Assembly: GCA_022509185.1 (NCBI GenBank)
Contig: JAFLTS010000014.1
Span: 973-64,972, forward strand
Direction of reading: 5' to 3'
Origin: Muribaculaceae bacterium
GTDB taxonomy: Bacteria; Bacteroidota; Bacteroidia; Bacteroidales; Muribaculaceae
DNA: 64,000 nucleotides
Positions 29,205-36,730 of the stretch are shown here, piece by piece (the first letter of the stretch is position 1; each line of letters opens with the position of its first letter). A program made the position numbers and the translations under genes. The notes under the pieces are model-generated. The model was not told the DNA's origin. It was given only the letters and a program-made list of their open reading frames with translations, and made no database searches.

Positions 29205-30407
29205 ATGATAACCAAAGAACAATTCCAGCTACGACAGCCGAGCATGCCGGAAGAGACTGAAACAGATGTCTTTTATTTTGACATTTGTAAAAAACTGATA
29301 GAAATATCAGAGAATAAAAGGCTTTTTCCCTCATATCCGGAGAAAGTGACTGAAAGGGCAGCCTTAGCACTTACAGGATATTATCAGGATGTTATTTCAG
29401 ATGCAGGTATCTGGAGATCTTTTATAACGGAATGCAGAAGGTTATACGGTTTTACTGTACCTTTTTATTCCGTTAAGAACGAGAGGTATATAGACTATGA
29501 ACTTAATAAGGCTGACGTGAGGTTTATGGTATGGTATGCCTTATCAATGAATTATGAGAACAGAAGGGTATGTTATCCTTTTGATAAGGAAATACTTGAA
29601 GGAGCAGATATATGGTATGAATATCTGGAAAGCCAATATGAAGCTGCTCCAATTCCCGATAAATTCAGATTTTCTGCGGAGTTAGAAATTCATAATGAAG
29701 AAGACCGCCCGGAGATAATGCGACTTGCCAACTGGCTATTCCTTCACTGTTACCTAATGACCCCGGCTTTTGCCATGACTTTGACAGAACTGACATCCGA
29801 GTATGATATCAGCACTGAAGATGGTATACTAGAATTGCAAAAACGTCTTGACATAGCCATGTGGCAGGATCCCACCGGACCTTTGGCCCTATTTTTAGGA
29901 GAATGGTTATATCTTATAGTTGAAGGGAAATCTTATCCGGATAAAAAAGAAAAGAAAGAGAAGGAACCTCATAAATATTATACTGCGTTTACAACTTACA
30001 CTAATGGCAGAAGATTACAATTTTTTGCCAATTATGAGGAAATGAATCAGTTTTTCATAAATGCCTTAGGATGGGCAGAAGGTGAAAATCATCTTGAACA
30101 GGTTAAGAATGATAAGGATTTTGTATTAATGGTAGACCCTGAGAAGGGAATGCTTTTGGCCCGAAATGTTGCTAAATGTATTTCAAGCCCTGAAAATCCA
30201 CTTTATGACCCTGCATACGCCAAAGAACATGCAATGGATTTATTGACTCAAAGAGGTTGTTGTCCCGGAGACTTAATTAAATTTATATGTGAAAACCATT
30301 GGCTTCCTGATGCTCATTTTCCAGAAAGCGATGATTATGAAATAGTGAAAGAGAACGGTGATTTCATTGCACGTTGTTTCTTACAGCAATATTACCGTGG
30401 TGATTGA
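29205..30407 (+). CDS. DUF3843-like conserved Bacteroidales protein
   Basis: YYQDVISDAGIWRSF, YGFTVPFY, ELNKADVRF..W, DFIAR. Confidence 0.6.
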   Translation: MITKEQFQLRQPSMPEETETDVFYFDICKKLIEISENKRLFPSYPEKVTERAALALTGYYQDVISDAGIWRSFITECRRLYGFTVPFYSVKNERYIDYELNKADVRFMVWYALSMNYENRRVCYPFDKEILEGADIWYEYLESQYEAAPIPDKFRFSAELEIHNEEDRPEIMRLANWLFLHCYLMTPAFAMTLTELTSEYDISTEDGILELQKRLDIAMWQDPTGPLALFLGEWLYLIVEGKSYPDKKEKKEKEPHKYYTAFTTYTNGRRLQFFANYEEMNQFFINALGWAEGENHLEQVKNDKDFVLMVDPEKGMLLARNVAKCISSPENPLYDPAYAKEHAMDLLTQRGCCPGDLIKFICENHWLPDAHFPESDDYEIVKENGDFIARCFLQQYYRGD

Positions 30408-30447
30408 GAAAAGAGAGACAAGCAGAAATAATCAAAAATAAAGAATT

Positions 30448-31170
30448 TTGCATAACGCTTTAGTAATCATACCTACCTATAACGAGATCGAGAATATTAC
30501 CTCCATTATAGAAAAAGTGGTAAGCTATCCCGATGAGTTTGATGTACTGGTGATAGACGATAATTCACCGGACGGTACAGCATTGGCCGTAAAAGAATTA
30601 ATGAAGAAATATCCTGACAGAGTTTTTCTTGAAGAAAGAACCGGCAAACTTGGATTAGGCACAGCTTATATTCATGGTTTTAAATGGGCCTTATCAAGAG
30701 ATTACGGTTATATCATTGAGATGGATGCGGATTTTTCTCATAATCCTGATGATCTTACCCGTTTATACCACAACAGTAAGGACAAGGGATTTGATGTGAC
30801 GATCGGTTCCAGATATGTAAGCGGTGTGAATGTTGTTAATTGGCCTATGGGCAGGGTGCTGATGTCTTATTTTGCATCAGCTTATGTAAGACTTATAACC
30901 GGTATGAAGTTGCGTGATGCAACTGCAGGCTTTGTATGCTATCGTAGGAGAGTATTGGAGTCTTTGGATTTCGATAAGATAGAATTTAAAGGTTATGCAT
31001 TCCAGATAGAGATGAAATTCAAGTCTTATAGAAAAGGTTTTAAGATATCGGAAATACCTATAATATTCATAAACCGAAGATTGGGCACCTCGAAAATGAA
31101 CAGTTCAATTTTCGGTGAAGCTATGTTTGGAGTGATCAAACTGAAAATTGATGCAATTTTACGACGCTAA
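30448..31170 (+). CDS. GT2 polyprenol-phosphate mannose synthase-like
   Basis: IIPTYNE, DDNSPDGT, GLGTAY, MDADFSH, GYAFQIE. Confidence 0.9.
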   Translation: MHNALVIIPTYNEIENITSIIEKVVSYPDEFDVLVIDDNSPDGTALAVKELMKKYPDRVFLEERTGKLGLGTAYIHGFKWALSRDYGYIIEMDADFSHNPDDLTRLYHNSKDKGFDVTIGSRYVSGVNVVNWPMGRVLMSYFASAYVRLITGMKLRDATAGFVCYRRRVLESLDFDKIEFKGYAFQIEMKFKSYRKGFKISEIPIIFINRRLGTSKMNSSIFGEAMFGVIKLKIDAILRR

Positions 31171-31206
31171 TGTAGAAGATAATTGAGAAAGATGGTTAAA
31201 TCTTTT

Positions 31207-31234
31207 GTAAACAAAAGGATAAGTTTCTTTGTTA
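31207..31234 (+). promoter_or_regulatory. Putative alternative-sigma promoter GTAAAC-N16-TTGTTA upstream of tpx
   Basis: Identical to the ahpC and frc upstream motif. Confidence 0.65.
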
Positions 31235-31260
31235 GATAATTAGTTATTAACAAAAATCAT

Positions 31261-31767
31261 ATGGAAACAACAATCTTTCTTAATGGCAATCCTATGCATT
31301 TAGTCGGGAATTTGCCGAAAGTGGGTGATGAGGCCCCTTATTTTGTTTTGGTAGACAAGGATCTAAAGGATTTCAATCTGCATGATTTTAAAGGTAAGAG
31401 GGTAGTTTTAAATATATTCCCCAGTGTAGACACACCTGTATGCGCTGCTTCAGTGAGAAGGTTTAATCAGGATGCTTCAAAGCTTGAAAATACCGTAGTG
31501 GTTTGTGTATCTGAAGATTTGCCTTTTGCACAAGCAAGATTCTGTGCAGCCAACGATATAGAAAATGTATATACCGGAAGCGCTTTCCGTAGTGATTTTG
31601 GAAAGAACTATGGTATAGAAATAGCAGATGGACCCATGAGAGGCTTGTTAGGCCGAGGAGTAGTGGTAATTGATGAAAACGGTAAAGTAATTGGTACAAA
31701 TCTTTGTGAACAAATAACTACCGAGCCTGATTATGCTTTCGTAGAAAATTTATTAAGTAAGAAGTAA
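31261..31767 (+). CDS. tpx: Thiol peroxidase Tpx
   Basis: NIFPSVDTPVCA, S.DLPFAQARFC. Confidence 0.95.
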   Translation: METTIFLNGNPMHLVGNLPKVGDEAPYFVLVDKDLKDFNLHDFKGKRVVLNIFPSVDTPVCAASVRRFNQDASKLENTVVVCVSEDLPFAQARFCAANDIENVYTGSAFRSDFGKNYGIEIADGPMRGLLGRGVVVIDENGKVIGTNLCEQITTEPDYAFVENLLSKK

Positions 31768-31792
31768 AAAAGACTTATACTAAGATATTAAT

Positions 31793-31821
31793 GAAGGGAT
31801 GATACTTAACATCATCCCTTC
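31793..31821. terminator. Hairpin between convergent tpx and dtd
   Basis: GAAGGGATGAT/ATCATCCCTTC. Confidence 0.65.
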
Positions 31822-32272
31822 ATTCTTTTCTCTTGGAATCCATTATAATAGTTACCGGACCATCGTTAATTAATCCAACTTTCATATCCGCACCAAAAAT
31901 TCCTTTTTTGACCATTATTCCGGTTTGATTTGATAGGGAATTGCAAAAGTATTCATATAATGGCATCGCTACCGATGGATGGGCAGCTCGTATATAAGAG
32001 GGTCGGTTACCTTTTTTCGTAGAGGCCATTAATGTGAACTGACTCACCGCTAACAATTCACCTTTTATTTCCTGAACCGATCTGTTCATAATATCGTTAT
32101 CATCAGGGAATATTCTTAAATTTGCTACTTTCGCTGCTAACCAGTCTGCATCATCCTTATTATCATCGGTTTCTATGCCCACAAGAATCAAAAGGCCCCT
32201 GGATATGCCACTTATGAGTATATCATTTACTTTAACGGATGCTTCCGACACCCTTTGAATCACCAATCTCAT
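31820..32272 (-). CDS. dtd: D-aminoacyl-tRNA deacylase
   Basis: MRLVIQRV, SQFTL, NDGPVT. Confidence 0.96.
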   Translation of the reverse strand: MRLVIQRVSEASVKVNDILISGISRGLLILVGIETDDNKDDADWLAAKVANLRIFPDDNDIMNRSVQEIKGELLAVSQFTLMASTKKGNRPSYIRAAHPSVAMPLYEYFCNSLSNQTGIMVKKGIFGADMKVGLINDGPVTIIMDSKRKE

Positions 32273-32921
32273 CAATAGTATAGTTTATAAAATTCATAAA
32301 AGGAAAGCCTGACTTGAAAATATCAACCGCTTTTTTATGGAAATTTTGAGCTAACAGTTCTTTTTCTTTTAAAGTGTGTGATGTGTAGAAATCTTTAGGT
32401 TTTACTAATTCAATATACTTCCAATCTTTAGAAAATCCTTTAGGAGCTGTTTTTACAGGATTTTCTCCTATTTTTTTGAAATACCTTTTGAATTCTGACT
32501 TTTCTATAATCTCAAGATATTCTTCAATATTTTCTTTTATAGACTGCCGGATTGCATTAATATAAACAGGTGGTAGGTCTATATTTCCTACCCCTATGGA
32601 AGAGTTATCGGGTTCTAAATGAAGATAATAACCCATCCGAAAGCTTTTTTTGCCGAAAGGAGGATTTATAAAAATACCTATATGGGTTTTATAAGGTGTT
32701 TTATCTTGCGAAAAACGAATATCTCTATATATTCGATAAGTGCATTCTTTAGGAGAGAGATATTTAGCTTTGGAATCAAATTCTGATATACCGTTTATAA
32801 GCTCTTGAGTAAAAGATTCTATGAAGACTCTTATTTTCTGATATCGTTCTTTATTTTTATCAAACCAGATTTTATTATTATTTAAATTTAATTCTCTTAA
32901 AAAGTTAAATACCTCTTCCAT
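32232..32921 (-). CDS. DUF2461 family protein
   Basis: FL.EL..NNNK.WF, RIYRDIRFS.DKTPYK, YYLHLEP, KTAPKGF. Confidence 0.9.
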   Translation of the reverse strand: MEEVFNFLRELNLNNNKIWFDKNKERYQKIRVFIESFTQELINGISEFDSKAKYLSPKECTYRIYRDIRFSQDKTPYKTHIGIFINPPFGKKSFRMGYYLHLEPDNSSIGVGNIDLPPVYINAIRQSIKENIEEYLEIIEKSEFKRYFKKIGENPVKTAPKGFSKDWKYIELVKPKDFYTSHTLKEKELLAQNFHKKAVDIFKSGFPFMNFINYTIDEIGDSKGVGSIR

Positions 32922-33172
32922 TAATTTTTCTTACAAATAAATAAAGGATTATATAGATAAATTTTCTTTTTATATAACTTTTGAGATCTGCAGACTACTT
33001 TATTACACCGCAGAAAAAAGGAATTTCCTTTCTTAAAGAGCTTATAAATGAAATAACATAGTAAAGAGCGTACTTATTGTTTTGTAATATTTAATTATTT
33101 TTCGGTAATTAATACAAATTTATGAACGAAATCAGGAATTGCCAAATCAATTACAAGGGCACTTTATAATGA

Positions 33173-33376
33173 TTAAGGAGTTTCCAATCGGAAAAATCTG
33201 AAAATTGATGGAAACATCAAAACACCATTTCGGGCTTTCAATACATACATATATGATATCAGTTGGGCTAGGTCTTCTCGGCTTATATCAGAAATTTTTT
33301 TACTTTCGTATCTTTTATATTTTGCATCCAAAACTAAGCCATCGCTATAGAAATCGGGATAACATGGAGCTCTCTT
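33173..33376 (-). pseudogene. Remnant of McrC-like PD-(D/E)xK restriction nuclease (C-terminal part)
   Basis: Stop-to-stop frame without a proper start: KRAPCYPDFYSDGLVLDAKYKRYESKKISDISREDLAQLISYMYVLKARNGVLMFP...; PD..DAKYK and D..Q..SY motifs. Confidence 0.7.
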
Positions 33377-33547
33377 TTACTGCCTTTGCAGATTAAATTC
33401 AAGATGTTAGTGACCAATATAGTAATGATTCTTAATTGTTCCAAGCCTTAGTATTTTCTGATTGAAAGGTGCGAAAATTGATTTACAAATTAGCAACTTG
33501 AAGCATTGGTTTCTCTATATGGAAAGAATGTTTCTACTAATAAAGAC

Positions 33548-33817
33548 ATGAAAAATTTAGACAATCTTTTGAAAATCGGTCATAATGATGATCCGGAAAG
33601 AGTAATTTATTTGCTTGAACTGGCTTTAAAGGCCGTTACCCTTCCCTTTGACAATATCCATTCTGATGATAATTTTTCATCCGAAATCGCCGAGAAGCTA
33701 TGCAATGTAGAACTCATTTCTAAAGAGATTCAACAACAAAAGTTAGCTGAAATCATAGAAAAACTCCAACATAGATTTCAACAAAACGATGTAAAGATGA
33801 CTGAAATCGGACAGTAA
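33548..33817 (+). CDS. Hypothetical helical protein, possibly a gene fragment
   Basis: ORF from ATG 33548 (MKNLDNLL); no recognisable motif; lies in the decayed islet. Confidence 0.35.
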   Translation: MKNLDNLLKIGHNDDPERVIYLLELALKAVTLPFDNIHSDDNFSSEIAEKLCNVELISKEIQQQKLAEIIEKLQHRFQQNDVKMTEIGQ

Positions 33818-33981
33818 ATTAACCTAATGACCTATACTACTAATCCTGAAAAAGCAAAACTATAGAACCAATTTCACCTCCACGAAGACGTGCAAACTCA
33901 ATTCTTAAGTTCATTGATAAATTGAGAAAACCGATAACTATATTGTCTAGAGTATCATAAATTACAAAGGTAGTTAACAAT

Positions 33982-34008
33982 AAAGGATGAGATCAGTTCC
34001 CATCCTTT
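33982..34008 (-). terminator. Terminator after the islet lipoprotein
   Basis: AAAGGATG/CATCCTTT stem. Confidence 0.55.
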
Positions 34009-34043
34009 TATATTGTTTTATTATTTTAATCTTAAAATGAACT

Positions 34044-34953
34044 TTATTGAGCAGCTTTAAGTAGTTTTTGTTGAAGTTTTTGGAATTTAGCTAATTGGGT
34101 TGGAGTAAGACTACCACTCATTTTTTGTAGTTTTTCTCCATAATCTTGTGCATCTGACATTAATGTTGCCGCATCAGCCATTGCAGAATAATCACCGTCT
34201 TTAGCTTTTTTCATTAATGCAATATACTTGTCTATATATTTCTCATATGCGCCTAAAAACTTCATCAAAGTCGTCATCAGATATAGAGGAAGAAGAGTAA
34301 GAATATTTATCATCCTCGTCATCAACTTCAGCTACATCTTCTACAATTTCAGATTCAACAACTGAGGAGGATGAACTTGACTCGGGATAAGTAGAGAAGG
34401 TATCAGTTCCAAAGCCTACTGTTTCACCTCCTTTAAATGTAACTGAGTTGTTATATTCACTAAATGTAGATTCTTGATTCCAGCTAGATCCTGAACTTAA
34501 AAAGATAAGATCTGTTTTATCACCAACTTTACCTTGAAGTAATTTTTTAATTTTAAGTAAATCGTCTTCTTGAACAGCCAATGTTGTTACTTTAGTTTCA
34601 TTTTCATCTAAAAGAACAATGTTTATCTTTCCACGCCAGGCAATAGAACCAAAAGAAATCTCTGAAGCATTTACATTTTGAACCTCTGGACACTCTTTTA
34701 TTAGTTCTAAAGATAATTTCATTTGAAGATATGGAGTTTCATCTTTTAGATAGAACTTTAGAGGAGATCTATCTGATTCTATTTTAAGGTAAGTAGCTAA
34801 TCCGCCTTCTTCGAATTCATTGCTTACACAAGTAAGATCCTTCTGTTGTGGATCTTGAGGAACTTCAGTACTATTATCCTTTTTACCTCCACAAGAGACC
34901 AAGAAGCCTATTAATAGGATGATGCCGCTAAAAAATTGTATCTTTTTCATCAT
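34044..34953 (-). pseudogene. Lipoprotein with C-terminal DUF6591-like helical domain, split by a 1-nt frameshift
   Basis: LVSC lipobox and Ser/Asp linker; removing one base from A5 at 34255-34259 joins DDFDEV to LGAYEKYIDKYIALMKKAKDGD. Confidence 0.75.
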
Positions 34954-34979
34954 ATAAAAATTTTTGAATAGTATCTTTT

Positions 34980-35291
34980 TTATTTCAATGGCAAATTATT
35001 ATAATCCTTAAAGCCTCCGGTTAGGATGCGGATGAAATCTATAAGAGTCCATATTCCCAATCCTCCAAGAGTGAAAAACATTCCGACACCACTTCCTACT
35101 TTTCCTGCGTAGTATCTATGAGCTCCAAAAGAACCGAAGAAAAAGCAAAGAAGAGCTGCAGTTCCTTTTTTGCGGTCGCTCACTAATTGTGGAGCTGGAA
35201 TTTGTACTTGGCCGATAATCTCAGCCTGTAAGGGTGAACCATAAGACTGCGCCTCTTGGTACCCTTGATTTGAAACATTTGGATTTCCCAT
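34980..35291 (-). CDS. TM2 domain membrane protein
   Basis: SDRKKGTAALLCFFFGSFGAHRYYAGK...TLGGLGIWTLID. Confidence 0.88.
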   Translation of the reverse strand: MGNPNVSNQGYQEAQSYGSPLQAEIIGQVQIPAPQLVSDRKKGTAALLCFFFGSFGAHRYYAGKVGSGVGMFFTLGGLGIWTLIDFIRILTGGFKDYNNLPLK

Positions 35292-35311
35292 AATAAAATT
35301 TAAAAAATTGA

Positions 35312-35740
35312 TTAAAATAAAGGCATAAATGATTGAGAAGCTACATACTTCCGATAAAATTCTTCATCGCTCATAGTAAGCATCAAGATTCCTTGTACCA
35401 AAGTCAGAATGCTCCATAACCCACATGTTACCATAGTTAGAAGAAGAGTTACAAGACCACCGCCTATTTTGCCAATGATATAATATTGTACTCCAAATCC
35501 ACCGAATATGATTGCCATAATTCCACATAGTGTCTTCTTGGAAATTACATCTGAATTCTGATAACTTAACATGCTTCTCTTTTGAGCTAGTTTAGACATT
35601 AGTTCGGGATAAGCGTACAGTGGTTGCCATGGACCATTATCCTTTGAAACTTGAGTGTTTTCATCTATTTCATAAGATAAGATCTGATTTTCTGTCATCG
35701 GACCCAAGACGGTGTTTCGGAAAACTATTTGGTAATGCAT
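35312..35740 (-). CDS. GYF_2(DUF4339)-like plus TM2/NINE domain membrane protein
   Basis: N-terminal GPMT...T.V....PWQP...YPEL; C-terminal KKTLCGIMAIIFGGFGVQYY..G...MSDEEF..KY. Confidence 0.8.
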   Translation of the reverse strand: MHYQIVFRNTVLGPMTENQILSYEIDENTQVSKDNGPWQPLYAYPELMSKLAQKRSMLSYQNSDVISKKTLCGIMAIIFGGFGVQYYIIGKIGGGLVTLLLTMVTCGLWSILTLVQGILMLTMSDEEFYRKYVASQSFMPLF

Positions 35741-35789
35741 AATCTATAGGTGATATTTTTAGCACACATATAGGTTCTAAAATTCTTGA

Positions 35790-35797
35790 CAAAGATA
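35790..35797 (-). promoter_or_regulatory. -7 element TATCTTTG for the TM2 cassette
   Basis: CAAAGATA on + strand about 50 nt upstream of the ATG. Confidence 0.5.
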
Positions 35798-35842
35798 GAG
35801 ATACTACTTTGTTAGAACTAATGTCTTTTTATGTCTTTTTAA

Positions 35843-36160
35843 GGATCAGCGGATTTCCCGGGTGGAAGAGAGCCAGACTCAGGCATAAAGTCGTTACCTT
35901 TGCGTCATGGAATTACGTAAGGTACTACGCACGAAACTGGTGGAGGTTCTGGTGGATAATTTTGACATCACAGATGTCAACAAGACAGATGACCGTTTCG
36001 ATATCTGGATGGAAGAGAAAAACGAACAGATATATATGAGGATAAATACAACCGGGCTATAGTAAGCAACGGATTCGGGAAGTCTCTTGTCAAACAGGAT
36101 TTCATCTTCAAGGGCGACCCACCTACATTCACATCCACAAGGAAAATCCGTTGACATAAA
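35843..36160 (+). mobile_element. Degraded ISL3/ISAon1-like IS remnant (N-terminal orf with frameshifts)
   Basis: ATG 35907 MELRKVLRTKLVEVLVDNFDITDVNKTDDRFDIWMEEK, then IVSNGFG...QDF and LQGRPTYIH in shifted frames; GC step at GGATCAGCGG; TACCTTTG before the ATG. Confidence 0.6.
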
Positions 36161-36456
36161 AAAATATACCACTACTGGTGGTTTATACCATCCTAATAGA
36201 GGTATATACCAGTTTCAACACAGCGAATTGGGGAAAGATGTGGAATTGCCTCGTTTGTTCTGTTATCTCGAACAAATGACCGCATAATTTTATCCTGCTC
36301 CGGCTGACAGTCGGTCAATGTCTTTTGCGATTTGAAAAATAGGTTGAATTGCCGAAACTGACTTTATGGCTTGCACTAACTTTGTTGACGTTCAATCGTC
36401 AGTTCCAGCAAATTTTGAATTCCATTCAAAATTTCTGTTGTGCAATTCTTTAATAG

Positions 36457-36493
36457 AAAAATTCCAATCCGCTGAATAACGAATTGGAATTTT
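36457..36493 (-). terminator. Hairpin directly downstream of tRNA-Lys
   Basis: AAAATTCCAAT/ATTGGAATTTT inverted repeat. Confidence 0.65.
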
Positions 36494-36499
36494 AGGAGG

Positions 36500-36572
36500 T
36501 GACCCCGGTGGGGCTCGAACCCACGACCCAATGATTAAGAGTCATTTGCTCTACCAACTGAGCCACGGAGTC
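36500..36572 (-). tRNA. tRNA-Lys (anticodon CTT)
   Basis: GACTCCG..GCTCAGTTGGTAGAGC..AATGA CT CTT AA TCATT..GTTCGAG..CGGGGTC A cloverleaf; CCA not encoded. Confidence 0.96.
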
Positions 36573-36612
36573 ATTTTGAAATCTCTTATTTATAAGAGCT
36601 GTTTTGCGTTTG

Positions 36613-36620
36613 CAAAGTTA
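36613..36620 (-). promoter_or_regulatory. -7 element TAACTTTG for tRNA-Lys
   Basis: CAAAGTTA on + strand. Confidence 0.6.
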
Positions 36621-36730
36621 GAGGTTTTTTTCTTTTACACCAAATTTTTCGTAAAAATCTTTAGTGAATTTCTTTCAAGGGAATCTTCTATTTCTACCTC
36701 CAAAAATTAGTTGCTATTTATTAGGCTTTC

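Noticed and set aside
32950-33100. attL/attR duplicate of the tRNA-Lys 3' end
   Set aside because: No copy of GGTGACCCCGGTGGGG found at the far side of the islet
33205-33396. 63-aa + strand ORF
   Set aside because: Antisense shadow of the McrC-like fragment
35809-36287. Short ORFs 35809-36039, 35894-36172 and 36087-36287 as real genes
   Set aside because: They are alternative frames over the degraded IS remnant
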